A stretch of 64,000 nt of DNA, from the NCBI GenBank assembly GCA_965235115.1, contig OZ249436.1:59520001-59584000 (forward strand), read 5' to 3'. Numbering within the stretch: position 1 is the first letter of the stretch; the number at the start of each line of letters is the position of its first letter. A program made the translations under genes and the position numbers. The stretch is from Laetmonice hystrix. Lineage: Eukaryota. Below, one piece after another: positions 1 through 13,500 of the stretch. The notes beneath the pieces were generated by a model, which was given only the letters and a program-made list of their open reading frames with translations, searched no databases and had not been told where the DNA came from.

Positions 1-307
1 CAAATAAATCTATATATATAATATTGAAGGACAACTTGCATGAAAGGATACTGCGTGAAGGCATGCACCCCTGATCAATGATCGGGGTAAATTCCCCCAA
101 AGGCCCATAAATTAATGCTCTTTACTTGTCCACCTTAGATCTATTATACCCCGGGTACTTGTGTACTACCCTTTTATAAATGGGAACGCCTTCCACCAAC
201 AATTAAGAGTACACACATGTATAATCAACAAAAGGGCCATGCACACTCCGAGTCTGGACGTGATCCATGCGGTTATTCCCCCGTGATAACTTCTAGACAA
301 ATATTTT

Positions 308-402
308 GGGTAGGGGTTAGGGTTAAGGTCAGGGATATAGGATAGGGATATGTTTTTGGCAGGTGGAGGGACCGGGGTTAGGGGTTAGGGATAAGGTCAG
401 GG
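308..402 (+). repeat. Degenerate GGGTTA-like repeat with an internal duplication
   Basis: ggggttagggttaaggtcaggg (313-334) recurs as ggggttaggggttagggataaggtcaggg (374-402). Confidence 0.55.
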
Positions 403-1164
403 CTGTGGATCTTTACTTCCTTGCATGGACGTCGGCAGATTCCGAACTCAGCTTTTAGAAATCCATGTTTGGATGTGTTGTTCCTGGACATTGTCCCCAC
501 GAGGATGATTCCGGCTGTGACATTTCAACTCTGCCTGTCCAGACGTGTGATATACCAATATAGGTCCGTTCTATTGAAACACGCCACCCATTAATTCTTC
601 CTGTGACGTCACCTGTCATGCAGGCGCTGTCATATCGCGAGTAGTAAAGATACGCTAAAACCGCATGTGTTCATTTATGTCCGATGACAATGTGCAAGTA
701 CTTTCTGTGAAATATTATGGAACTGAACATAATCAGTCCAGGTCAGAGATACGAGATGTCGTCTCGCTAAAGCTGCACGTGTCGCGTGGATCTAAAAAAG
801 GTATAGCAGGTCGTGTGAATGCAAGCGTTAAACCCCAGTTATGTACTATCAGGTAAGTAACTTTGCATCGAGTCACCCAGTAGTGTCGTTTTTCTGCCTG
901 TATAGGTCTGTTACTTAGGTTACAAAATGTTCAAGAAAAGGGTGCTGGCCAAGACGCAAACTGTATTGGGCCTATAGGCCTCTATGTATGTAGCCTATGT
1001 GCAACGCAAGTATCTAAAATGGGAGCATAATACATTTGAATTGTGCGTCATCGTTCTATATTATGCGTAAATACGAAGGAAAATTGAATTAACGCGAACA
1101 CCGGTATGCCATACGTTGGAGACTGTGTCGGATCTAGGTTTTCAAGGGTGGTGTGTCATATTAT

Positions 1165-1187
1165 GGGGGGGGGGGGGGGGGGGGGGG
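1165..1187 (+). repeat. G23 homopolymer, the longest of many G/C runs of 10 nt or more in the window
   Basis: Other long runs lie near 2331, 2531, 10952, 16007, 19701, 21541, 33013, 33848, 34524 (C), 38072 (C), 47582, 54910 (C), 56052 (C), 56579, 56997 and 60134 (C). Confidence 0.9.
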
Positions 1188-2256
1188 CATGCATAATGTC
1201 TAATTGAGGTCCAACCAAGGATTCCGTCATAAAACCTGTAGACTCTACCTTTTTTAAATGGCGAAATCTTAGGTCTGAGGGCATATAGCATAGGCTAATA
1301 ATTATTGTGAGATACGCCTATCCTTCAAACTCCAATATCTCATGTTGTCCTTTTTGAGCCCATTGGACCCTATCGGAGCATTACGTAGGCCTAACTCGAG
1401 ATAATCTACGTTTTAAACATTCCTATTGTGATCTTCCCTATGGAATAGGCTTCCTGTGAAGTAAACTAGGGGGCCTATACTGGAGGCTTACATTTGTTAG
1501 TCATTAAATGCATGTTTACAGTACTGTTTTTACTTAATTGGGAGCAGACCATGCTTTATTCAATGATGCAGTACATATACCACAACCTGTGTATGCTATA
1601 CGTGAAGCTACATCATAATGGTCATAGAATTGACACATAAAGTGTTGTTCATAAGAAATCATGGCTTTGGAAGTGAAACGTGCTATTGTGGTTGGGCACT
1701 AGTGCTATCTTCTCGGACTGCACACGAGATGGCGCTGCGTTCGCCAGATTCCATTATGTAAAAATACATTTGTATGTACAAAGTACAGCAGCTCTCCCAC
1801 TTGTGACAGTCCATGAATCCTATATATGAAAGGGAGGAAAAGGGATAGATCTAGGGTCTGATCAGAAAGAAGTCATCTCTGCATTATTTAGCTTCAAATA
1901 CCGGCACTAATATAGACTTGAATCTTTGATGGCTAAGCCTATGCCAGCGGTAAGGCTAGGCCCTAGGCCTATCCCCAGACTTGACTTACACCAGAGATGG
2001 TGGTGTCCTGATGTCAAGAGCTCTCTTGAATATTTACTATTCATAGTAATGTGCCACTATCTTCTATTCTGAAGACAGTTACATTTAAAAGCATACATCT
2101 ATAGGCCTAAGCATAAAACCAACGTTGTCTGAAGTTCATTAAAGCTACGGAATCATTTTCTTTGCTGCCCATCCTTTTGAGCACATAAGTCAAGTCGAGA
2201 TCTGCTGGTGCTAGATATCTGTAGACTTTTGCTACTACTGTAACAACTGCGTGAGC

Positions 2257-2408
2257 ACTACTACTACGTGCTAGTAGTACTACTAGTAAGCCTACTTGCC
2301 CTCAGGGGCAGATCCAGAAGTTTAGTAAAAGGGGGGGGGGGGGGTACCACGGTAACTACTAGTACGTGTTAGTAGTAGTAGTAGTAGAGTAGTAGTAGTA
2401 GTAGTAGT
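2257..2408. repeat. ACT/TAG trinucleotide microsatellite patches
   Basis: Runs such as actactactac and agtagtagtagtagtag...gtagtagtagtagtag, interleaved with the repeat described next. Confidence 0.8.
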
Positions 2409-2770
2409 TGCCCTACTTGCCCTCAGAGGCAGAGCCAGGATTTTGGTAAAGGTGGGGGGATAAGTTATGGGGAGAAGTTGGGGGAGGGGTCAGCATGGTC
2501 AATTCAAAAATTCTATTGGGGAGGAATATTTGGGGGGGGGGGGGGGGGGTTCTGGTCACTGGTCCTCATTCCAAGTTAGTTAAATAGCCTTATACTAAGT
2601 TACCGCGGTATAGGTGTATGGACAGTACATGGCGGCTCGGGATTTTGGTGAAGAGTGGGGGTGGGAGGATCAGGGGTAGAATTTGCAGCATGGTCAGTTC
2701 TACTTCCATGGAGGGAAGAAAAGAAATGAATTGGTTGCCAATTTAAGCCCCCCCCCCTCCCAGATTCACC
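2291..2770 (+). repeat. Degenerate tandem triplication of a G-tract-containing short repeat (MITE-like end motif)
   Basis: cctacttgccctcag(g/a)ggcaga(t/g)ccag...tttt/ag.taaa.ggggg occurs at 2291 and 2412, with a third diverged copy at about 2629. cagcatggtca(a/g)ttc is shared at about 2491 and 2687. A related gtcggatctagg...G-run occurs at about 1126-1187. Confidence 0.55.
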
Positions 2771-3304
2771 ATATCATATGGTCTGCTGAAATGAATGCTT
2801 ACAACTGAGTCTGACTCTGAGGTGGTCTGGCCAGTGCCAGTAAGTGGTGGTAGAACGGCCTTTGGCTTTGCAGTCGCCTGGCCTGACTGGACCGTTTGTG
2901 GTTAGAGCCATACGCAACCGGCCGACCACACCACGGCACGGGCAGGCAAAGCGTACCAGGACACGCCGATACAGCAGCCCGGTCTTCGGCGGACTGCAGC
3001 GATAATACAGGCATTCACGGTCAGTCAGTCATGAGGCTGAGCCAGACCCACAGGTTGGAGCTGGGGGACTTCGACATCTACCCAGGGCATCGTCTAGTCT
3101 CACTCCATACGGTTGGATACGGAAGACTGCATACCAAGTGCCTCTCACCAGCTTGTATCAGAATCTATCTAGGTCTACAACAGTCAACAGCAGCATAATA
3201 ATTGGGCGACAAGGCTTGTCCATCACTGAACGACAGAGGGAAGCATACGTTCTCGTGGATGAATCACATCTACAACGAAAACGCTGCCGCATGAACTACC
3301 ACTC

Positions 3305-3600
3305 TGCGTTGGGATTGGTAGAAAATGTTGAAGATCCGGTCTGATTGCAAGATGATTGGCACGTTGGAGCCAGGCGACTGTCAATCATCGTGTGGCTTTG
3401 TCTTTTGATGTTGACGCTCTCGCCGCCAAATCTGTGTACGTTCCGAAGGCGCCCGAACTGACCGTATTTTGCCGAAGCCGATTCGACCGAGTTCAGATGT
3501 AAGGCGCGCGCTGATTGGTCCGCTTGCCAAATTGAGGACAAAGGCCTCTGCAAGTGCGTGCTCTTTATAGCAAATAGTTGGAGGGAAGATTTTCATGGCG
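3305..3600 (+). promoter_or_regulatory. TCF proximal promoter with three inverted CCAAT boxes
   Basis: ATTGG at 3314-3318 and 3355-3359, and a full Y-box CTGATTGGTC at 3511-3520 next to GGCGCGCG. The region is CpG-rich and has a TATA-like CTTTATAG at about 3563-3570, 100-350 nt upstream of the ATG. Confidence 0.6.
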
Positions 3601-3671
3601 GATTCAAAACGTGTTTGCGAGAGTCGTTACATCCTGTGCGAAAATTAGATCAAAAGCAAGAACTTTTGACC

Positions 3672-3815
3672 ATGCCGCATGTGAATTCAAGCGGCGGGGA
3701 CGATTTAGCCTCTACAGATGAGGTAAAAGTGTATAAAGATGAAGGAGAAGAGGAAAACCGATCGTCGGAGAACCTGTTAGAAGATAAAGCGGTGCTGGTA
3801 ACCGAAACTGAGGAG
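3672..3815 (+). CDS. TCF: TCF/LEF (pangolin/TCF7L2-like) coding exon 1: beta-catenin-binding domain
   Basis: ATG at 3672 (gaccATGc) translates to [48 protein letters not shown], the diagnostic TCF N-terminal beta-catenin-binding motif (DDL..DE...(F/Y)KDEGE...EDK..LV.E.E). It ends at a phase-0 donor GAG|GTATGT at 3816. Confidence 0.97.
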
Positions 3816-3949
3816 GTATGTATGTTCCCCAGCGATGTGTTGTGCCTTAGATTTTCAACGTGCTGCTATGTCTGATCGTGTTTGAAGTCAGCACATGAGG
3901 ACTGTATTACTAAGACCCTCTGTAATCATGGATTCCTTTGCTGTTATAG

Positions 3950-4022
3950 GAAAAACAGTCAGATCCACTACACGGGGGCAGTTATGCCGGCGGCGACAAG
4001 AGGACGACGGCCGGACAGGACG
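3950..4022 (+). CDS. TCF: TCF coding exon 2 (73 nt, phase 0 to phase 1)
   Basis: Acceptor ttcctttgctgttatAG at 3949 and donor G|GTAAGC at 4023. Open in frame with exon 1: EKQSDPLHGGSYAGGDKRTTAGQD + G. Intron 1 is 134 nt. Confidence 0.88.
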
Positions 4023-4426
4023 GTAAGCCAAGTTTGCTCCCTTCCCTGACTAAGTTTTACTCGTAGGGGCCCACCTCGCCGTTCTACCCTCATTCTAACC
4101 AGCCTCTTACAGCTCCACCACCTAAACCTGTAGTATGTCAACACTTGGAAGCCACATAACTGAAGCCACTGTGCCTGTCAGCCAGTACTTGGGTCTATGA
4201 ACGGCCACGATCGGAGCAAACTGCCGAGTTTTTAAATGGGTGCCCCGCTTCTTTTGAACTGGGGCGGGCGGGCCCGGCATGCTCGCCCGTGTTGTCGGGC
4301 GGACTACCGCGGGAATGGTAATTGCCTTGACCGGCAATGCTAAGCTGTAACGGATCACTCGTTCTGACCCGGTTTGCTTCACAAAATGGGCACAATATTT
4401 TCACCCCTTTTTTCATGACTTTGCAG

Positions 4427-4521
4427 GGAAAACTCCCGAGCCTGACAGACCAGGAGTACCGCCCGGCAGCTATCCACTATTTTCCCCGTACTACAATGGT
4501 GCTACAGTCCCCGGGAGTCTG
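4427..4521 (+). CDS. TCF: TCF coding exon 3 (95 nt, phase 1 to phase 0)
   Basis: Acceptor cccctttttcatgactttgcAG at 4426 and donor CTG|GTAAGT at 4522. Phase matches exon 2, giving GKTPEPDRPGVPPGSYPLFSPYYNGATVPGSL. The SPYYNG segment corresponds to the PY(L)xNG linker motif of TCF proteins. Confidence 0.9.
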
Positions 4522-7500
4522 GTAAGTTCAAAATTTTCATACCATCCCCTGTCCAACATCGCCGAGGAGAGAAGGATACAAGGCAATCTTGTGTTGTTTT
4601 GTATGTAGCAAATTATCCTAAACCGTTGATGGAAAGGAAAAAGGATAATAACTTCAATTTTTCCAGAGGAATGTTCACCACAGACACTAGCAGTGATGCT
4701 CATTAAAAGATTTACTCATTTAGCTGCTGTACAGTTTAGTTAGTATCAAGATTTCAGTGTTTTTTTAATATATATTTTAGTGATGAACCATAGTCAAGAA
4801 TAACATTAATGTGAGCCTAGTTTTTTAAGAGTCAAGGGTATAGGCATCCAAGATGTGGTTTGGATAGTATAAAATTTTCCTGGGATACAGTTGCATAAAA
4901 GGATGTAGATCTAGTGGTCACAACATAAATAGCACTGTAAAATCCTGTTTACAAGAGAAAATTTCCAGGACTATAGACTATAGTTGTAACTTTCTTTAAA
5001 AAAGTAACACAGATGTTGTGATCAGATATAGAATTAAGAAGTTGCAGTAGGGTGAAGCCTTAGGTATGTGAAGTGTATGGCTTGAGAATGTGTGCATCAG
5101 CAACTGGGTTACGGTCCAGTGGGCAAACTGCCTCACTGACCAGTGACCGTTAGAGCCATTACAAAATCTGCATCATGTTGGCAGCCGGAATCTAAGACAC
5201 ATTGGATACCAGTTACGAATATGGAAACCCCTGGATTACCTGGAATGAGAGAGTGCAGTCAGAAAGATAAAAACATCAAAGACCTTGGCTGTATCAGTTT
5301 GTGATTGTAGGCATGAATGACTTCAAATATGGCGTTCCTTTAACACCCACAACAAAAGGAAAGGAGAAAACTAGAGACCAACATGGCAACAGTGAAGAAA
5401 ACTTGATAGTGGTTTGCCACATGTATATCTCAGACTTGTAAACCACAAGAAAATGATGCAAGGTTTGGCTGTTGATATTTATAAAGTGAACCTCTGTTGA
5501 CATGGATGTGAAATGGAGGTGAAGAGTCAGACCTGGATAATAGGCTCCGTGGTGAGCAACATTCCATTGGACTGAGTTCACAAGCGGCAGGAAGGACAAA
5601 CAGGGGGCCCTGATAGCAGGTCTAGGTTTCATTCACATCAGCATGTTCCCAGAAGTTTTCTGCAAGGAGTCAGTCCAAGCATGGACTCTTGGAAACGGAG
5701 CCTATAGAGGGCAGGCCGGGGCTACCCGGGTCCCGTTGTGTGCCTGACACTAGGGCTAATAGTTTTGTCATCTCAACCGGCCTGTACTTTGATTAATGGG
5801 CAGCTGAATTGACAGGGCCAGCCTGGATGAACACAGTCGCAGCCACTGTCCCAAAGACAACACATTCTCAAGGCATAACCCAACTGTTGCCTGTAGTTTC
5901 TCTGTCTATATCAGACTGGCTTCCCAGTTAACTAACTTTGCTCTGCCGGGCTGGATAAGATGAACCCGATAAGATTAAGCTGTGTTGCCGGGCCCCTGTC
6001 TGCCAGCAGAAAACCGGCGGATGACCTGCACTGGTTCTGCATCTGGTTTCAATGGCAGATGTTTTCACTTGGTCCCGTGTTGTGTCTGCATCATGAGTTA
6101 CATTTTCATGTGCACGAAGAAATTTAAAGGTCTTTTATTAGATTTTTAGTCATGAACTAGTTTAATCCACTACACTGCACAGCACTTGAATATTGTTTTA
6201 AACTGGGCTATCACTCGTATAATGAAGCCTGGCTTTAAAACACAATCTGTACATCTAAAGTAATTGTTTTTTGGGGGAAATGGCTAGATTTCTAGGTTGG
6301 CCATTTTTAATCTCATTCTCTGCAGACCGACTTGAATGCATTGCTCAAGTTAGTGTGGAAGCTAGTTCTCTATCTCGGGTAGAAGTGTGAAGCGTGCCTA
6401 CAAAGCGCGCCCAGCAGTGTTGAATGCAGCATACAGGTGTGCTAGTCAGGAGAGGACTGGCAGGAGAAGATGATATCAGACTCTCCCACTGGTGCCTGCC
6501 GTGTAGCTATTGGGAGGATGAATGGACCTACAGGAGGGCAGGTGGTTGTTGAGGGGCTCCACACCAGGAGTGGGTATTGGATAGGGTGCCAACAACGCCC
6601 AGCTTGATGTCCATCCCCAACATCATTTCCCATAGACAGCTGCTGAGAGGTACCATATTTATGTACACCCCATTGCAGTGTATTAAACACCAGTCAGTCG
6701 TAGTATGTAACCTAATTTCCTTGCCACACACAGCCGGAAAGCTATCTCAAGTATGGCTATTGATTCATTTGGTTTTTGTATGGATTTCTACCGAATGGAG
6801 TTGCCCGGGCCTCTTAAACGTGGCCAAAATTTCCCCACATCAATGGTCACATGTTGGGCCAATAATGTGTTCAATAATACAAATGTGGCAGCCATCAGAA
6901 TGTAAAGGCAGGCGCCGTCATAGGTTGAGCTTTGGCTGTGAGTCTCAAGTCGAAAGTTGAGTGAGAAGCCATTACCGGCTTTGTAGGGCACAGGAACCTA
7001 GTCTGGGGCACTGACAAAACCCACCGAGTGGCAAATTTCTGTACCTGTTTCTTCCCTATTGATTGCTTCAAGGAAACATGACATGTGCAAATATCAAAAG
7101 CAATCTTAGTTTGTTAGCAGGGCTTTCTCCCGTCTTACCATCTTGATTGTGTTACCTTAAACCTGGCAGCTGGTATTTTTAGAATGCTTTGGGCCTCTGT
7201 TGCTGATACTGTTGCCTAATTATAGATGTATGATGATAAAAATCAATGCTCAGTGGTTCAGGAGTAAGATGCGGCTCAGTATTATAACATTCTAAAATAC
7301 TACTTTTAGTCTTACCTAAATTCTACCTAATACATCTATCAAAACAGAACTTGTTAACTAAAGTTCCATTTGACAGGACCGTAACAATAAAGGCTGAATT
7401 TCACAAGCCAGTAATCAGGTGTAATCAGAGAATATCACATTTTTACTGTCTGTAACAAATTTACAAAAGAATCAGTATTGTGACCTTAGAAACCTCTAAA

Positions 7501-10500
7501 TACTCTCAGACCTGTCAAACTTGGCTGAAGTTTAAATTCTGTTCAAACTGCTTTGGCGGTTAATTGTGTAACAAAAGGGGCCGTGCCTAGTGCTTGGCGA
7601 AGATAAGGAGGGCTTACGTAATGTCCAGCCAGACCTACACAAGTGTCCAGTGTAAATAAGGGGTGACCACCTGTGGCCAAATTATGGCCGCGGTAATATG
7701 TCTCATGTATCTCTGAAGGCGGTGAAGAGGTGTCAAAGGTAGTATAAATGTTTTCGACTGGGGACACACACTTTGCAAAAAAAGAAACTCTTATGAGAAA
7801 TTGTAAATATTGGAATGATATAATGTTGCTGGATCACATACTAAGTGACTTAATTAAACACCAGGATGACATACCTATATTTAAATTTGACAGTGTTGTT
7901 ACTCAAAGATTGCGCGGGAAACAATGCGTTCAGTGCACGTTCATTAGCACTAGATTCTAAGCACTGACATGGCACTACGCGGTAATACCACAAGTTGTGC
8001 TGGACATGACCGTGCACTTGAGATGCATGTTATTTTGAGTAGATTGAATACTCTTACGTTTCTGTGTAGTGGGCAAGGTAGATCGGGATACTTATATGTT
8101 TTTGTGGCACATCTGGAAACGCTCACCTGTTAGGCATAGCCGTGTTGAGCAATGGTGGCGGGGCGGAGAACCGGTCACCGATAAACCGCGAAGGGGGAGG
8201 CTGTGCCTCAGTCCATTGTTTTGGATGGAGATGATTGGGCAGGGGACTGGTTATATTAATGTGGATGGCAGTTAATTGCATGGTTGTTGTCTAATGCTTG
8301 GTGGCAATAATGTAGATGACACTGTGATGAACGCGACAAGCACCCAGTCATCACCCAGCAAGGCTGCGCCAGTCCCTGTAGGCTGAAGCCCTGCCAGATA
8401 ATATTTGTAGAATAAATACACCTGAAGGAATGGTGATTCTCATGAGAAGACAAACATGGGCGCTTGATGTGAAGGATTGAGGAATCATACGCTTTGTCTG
8501 AGTGCAGAATTATTGGAAATGGGATGGGGGATTTGGCCAAATACGCTCGGCCTGTTAGGTAATATTTGTGCAAGGAGAGCACCTGGAGGAGCGGCAATTT
8601 TCATGTTAAAATTAATGTAAATAAGAGCTGTGAGCAAGGTTAGTACAGATCCAGGGAGAGCGGCGGGGTTAGGCATGATGAAGCCGAATTGACACTGCTA
8701 GCATGCGCGTAGCTAGTGCAATTAGATTGATCTCTTTATGTTGCCGGACCTCCAAGCCCCGAAATCAGGAAGTCAATCTGAGATGGGAAAAGATTGTACT
8801 CGTTTTTGATAGTCTGGGGGCTCCCAGGGACAGATGAGGGAAGGGAACCATTGAAAGTAGGCATGATCAGCTCTGTCAGTCATCCCAAATCACTTAACTG
8901 CAAACGATGCCAAGTGCATCATCCAAAAGTGTTCCAGCTTTAGATAAATATGATTTTGTTCTTTTTTCACGGCCTTTATTTGTTAGAATGTGAATAATGT
9001 GTTGTTTAAATGAGGCTTCGTTGGGTTTCTCAAGTCTAGGGCGTGAGGAGTTTGGTGGCTAGAGTGAGTACCTTGAAGGGCCGCCGCTGCAGGCTCTCAA
9101 AGGACGGCGTCCTTGGCAAGCAGGCACAGAAAGAGACCTTAATAATGAGACAATAGGCGAGCGTCAGCACCATGACTGCCATCTCAGAGGTTTAATTTCT
9201 CCTCCTCGGTCCTCGCCTGAATGGGAACATCGCAATAACAAAAGCAGGACTTGGGTTGCTCTCCAGATTAATACAGACTGACTAGTAGTGGAGATACAAG
9301 CCTGATGTGGTAACAAAGGCACCAGCCACCGCGGATGGGCATTTTTTTTCTCACATATACACATTGCTGTCATCGAATATGGGGATATTGTTGTATAAAT
9401 GAAGAAATCTTTACCTATCCAGACGATGAACGTCTTAGAATGGATGTAGATTGTGATCTTGAGAGCTTAACACATAGCTTGCTGAGGAACAGTGCTGGCG
9501 TTGTAGTACATCCACAGTGTACGGTAATATGCAGAGGAAATTAACTTTGTTTGAATAGATATTTGTACTTGCTTTCTGTGACAAGCACTTTACTGCCTGA
9601 GAAATTAAGAATGAGGGAAAAACAAATTCGATCATCTTGCAGAGTCGACAGTCATATAACTTATAAGAGGTCTCTGACATGCGATTTATGAATATGCTTA
9701 ATGGATACAGGCCAGGTTATAGTAGTTTTACCTCTTAAGTGAAAAAAATAATAATAAAAAGCCAATTCTGTAAGCAGCTGGTACAAGTGGCAGGTCTTGC
9801 ACACATGGTATGGCTTTGGGTACTAAGAACAGGCTGGTGATGTCACTAAAGTATCTCGGTCCATCAGGTCGGCAAGGCTGGAGGTCAGTGCCATTTAACA
9901 TTGGCCACCTTACTCACTTGTACCGACTGACCATGGCGGGCAGACCTTTGACATGCAAGCCTCCTTGGCCTCCATTTCAGTAGCACACCAGTTCGTCGCA
10001 CGCATGGTTCCCTCAAAAACCTGTTTCAAGCAAGGCTGTTTAGAGGGCAGATGCAGCGCAACCCTGTCGTTGACCATGTACTCCATCTGTTGCCTTTCCC
10101 AAACTGTGGCGAAAGACTGCTCCAACTGTTGCCAACACCTCCAAACTTGCATGGCTAGACCTTGGCGCAGCTCAGTATCTGTGGGTAAAATGACCACACA
10201 CTACACAAAAATGATCTGACCTATGACCAGCCTGTCTCAAGGAGTCGATATGATATAAACCAGAGAATGGAGATCTGGCTGGGCTATTACGTATTTTATT
10301 TATAGTAGTCAAAAAAGCTCAACAGGTTTTCCGTGATTTTTCTATTGAATACGGACTTTGCCGATCTGTGTGACGTTTTCCACTGCAACCACTCCTGTTT
10401 TAAAGTGGATTACAGTTGACCTAGGTTGCAACAAACTAGCCCGTATTTTAGGGGTATAACAGTTGGTGTCATCTGTTGTCAAACGGTGACTGTCACAACT

Positions 10501-13500
10501 GCCAACCCTCTCTGTCAATCTGACCAGCCCGTAGACACAACAGCAGGGAGCCCAGTAACATGTGACTCCGAGCCTGCTGGGAAAGATGTAAGACAAAACT
10601 GCCGAGGTCAGGCGTACAGCGGTGGTAGTTGGAGGAGTGAGGCGGGTGTGGTGCTAGCGGTCAACCTCCATGCTGACTGTCATAATATTGTCTGTTTGAC
10701 CAGTCACCCCAGGGTGGGGTCGGCCACCAGCGTCCCGAGACTTCTCGGATTGCTTCGGTGGTCGGCAGCCAACGGGAGAAAGGTTTCAAAAAATAGTCGG
10801 AAGCTAATCTTCGTCTTGGCGATTGTAGATATTTCTGCGATTTAAACAAGAGGCTTTGAAAAATAAACATCAACCCACCGCATAAGGTTATCTACCGGAA
10901 TGAAGGAATGAGTCATTCATGTTATGAGAACACGTGTAATGGTAGTGGGGAGGGGGGGGGGGGGTGATTATTAACTGTACATGAGTGGGGCTGCGTTTCA
11001 TGCCTGGGATTGCAGATGTAGATTCCGCACTACCTGGTGCCAGGCTCACCTGGATGGCAGCCAAGCAGACACGTGGCTGCTCCCCAACTCGGGGCCCCCT
11101 AGCCCTGACCCATGTACGCCAAGGTCCTTGTGATTATCGTACCTGTTCTCTCTGAGCCTGACAAACCAGTGAAACCATCTTCTACTGAATGACTCCAGCT
11201 TTTACAGAGGGAAAGATTCTTCTAATTGTATCGTGGTTGTGTCGGTAGTTATCTAGCACGAAGCCGTAAAAGATTGCCATTAGATCTGAGCAGCTGCCTA
11301 TTGTCATGTCATTAAAATGCTCACAAAATTGAAGCATAAACCCTGTTTTTTCTTGTCTGAAGGGGTATTAACATACATCTTTCATGTTATTTTTGTTATG
11401 AGAGGAAAATGTAGCGAAAGAAAGAACTGGTTAGCATATGCCTGGTAAAACTTCTCGTTCTGGCAATACAGAATCTAGCTGCCATAAAATGGTACTCCCG
11501 TCAATATGGGTAAGGATATTATCTGAGAACTATTGAGATGCCCCATCCTCTCAAATGTATTCCATCTATTCAGACGTTTTTATCTCTAAATTATGAGTCC
11601 TTACTATTTGCATAGTTACATTGAACAATGAGCAAGCTTATGTTTGACTATGGAAATGAGCATGTGTCGTAATGTCTTTTGTGTGGAGAAGACAACTGTA
11701 TGATAATGCTTATCATCGAGGCTTTGACTGTCGCCACACTATATTGACACGCCAAGCTGAATGGCAAGGCCGCAACGGCATGCAACAATCGAAAGAACTT
11801 ATCTTTTCGCTTTGTCAACATGACAGGCAGTTTAATTCCGGTGTGTATGCATTCGAAATAGGAGCACTGATTCTGTAAGTTAAGTCATTCTTACACTGAG
11901 AACATGTTCACTAACATGTTTCGATGTATGGCACTCCCAGGTTTATTATGCATTTCTTCAGATCTGCCGACATGGAACTGGCATTGGGTGAATTGTGGTT
12001 TGAATTCCATCACTGCAATAACAAAACCAACCTGAGTAATAAATAATGAGGCAGATGACCCGACACTGCAGAATGTATAGAAAAGATTATATGCATGGTT
12101 TGATTGATAAAACTCCGCCTTGTCCTTGAAACCCACCACAACCGAAATGTGGCTGCCAACCTCAGCACCTGTTCTGGAGACAAAAGATAAAGGTCAGAGT
12201 TGCAAACTATGTCTAGCAAAATTGATGCCTGCAGCATGCAAGGTTTCAGACTTGTTTGAAATCTTTGTTTCTCGTCAGGGGCCATACCTGACAGTTTACC
12301 TTGTGCTGATTTCAAATTTTGTGGGTCAAAGGCCTGGATTCTGCAGTCACGCAAATGTGTTTTTGGGTCAGGGTTTCAGCATTGGGAAGTTTTGTGGTCT
12401 GAAAACGCACACTGGGATAGATAGGCAGGACATTTACCAGGGGTAAATGGTTATGCATGAGTGCATGTCTAAAAATGCATACCGGATACCTGCTAAGTAC
12501 TTACATCTGACAGTTTTGATGTTGTATGTCAGTTGAGTTAAGCATGAAAGTAGTCGTTAGAATAGTTGTCGATGTCAGGCACAGATTTTGCACATTTGTA
12601 GCCATTCGAATGCTGCCAATGAAGGCTTCATGTTTCATCTCAAACTTTAAAATCATGCTTATTAAATTCAGTTTCCAGTATGTGGGATGAAACTGATAGC
12701 AAAAGATATTAAAAAGCAAAAATACTGCCAATGACTCCACTGAATTGCTGGTTTTTTTCGTTTAAATCAATGGAAATCTGAAGTCTAAGTGCTTCTAAAA
12801 TGGACTCATTTCACAATTTGTATTTGCTTGCATAACGTTGAGTGTTGAAGAATCTGTAGACTCCAAAACTAGAGCCTGATTTTAATTCAGTAGATGGAAA
12901 TCTTCTCGGCTAACACTAATAGCATTATCATATCAGATGTGTATGTTTACTGTTGGGCAGTTACAAGGGTAGTTGGCCGGGCAACCAGATATTTTCATTC
13001 ACCTTTGCAGTTGACTTTGTTTGTGCCATCTGACAGATAATAAACAGCAGTCAGCCAAGTGTAAAGGGAGGAGCAGTGAAGGAGGAAGCCCTCTTAGTGA
13101 ACCGTAATCTTTGCATGGATGAGCAGCAGGCTCAAAGGTGTACGCAGCGTGGCCCACTAGGCCAGGTACAGGACTGGCGCTCTACTGTTAGCACACATCC
13201 TGCGCCATAGTATTCGGTGCAGGAAGGAATGCGGCTTGAACAAGTTTGCTATAATAATTAGATGTCGGAATTGCGAGCCTGGTCAACGACCACGTTACTG
13301 TCTCAATTAATAAGGATACCCCCAGCTGGTAGGGATAACGGAAGCATACCAACTGGCTTGCTGGAGTCTGAATTCATACACCCTATCTGATTGGCCAAGC
13401 TGCTGAGTGACAAGGTGGTCAGTGCGTCCCAGTGGGGGGTTGATGTTAACCCCTGACAGGGAACGACCAACCGTTGGAACTGGGGAGTGGCGGGTCGCAA

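Noticed and set aside
308-402. Telomere or interstitial telomeric array
   Set aside because: Only a few degenerate GGGTTA units mixed with other sequence. This is more like an internal part of a small repeat.
3558-3671. N-terminal extension of the TCF ORF shown in the ORF track
   Set aside because: It starts at GTG under a prokaryotic start rule. The conserved TCF N-terminus begins at ATG 3672, and the read-through past 3815 is intron.
6305-6436. Strong acceptor (taatctcattctctgcAG, 6325) as a possible exon 4
   Set aside because: In-frame TAG after 18 codons and no TCF similarity.
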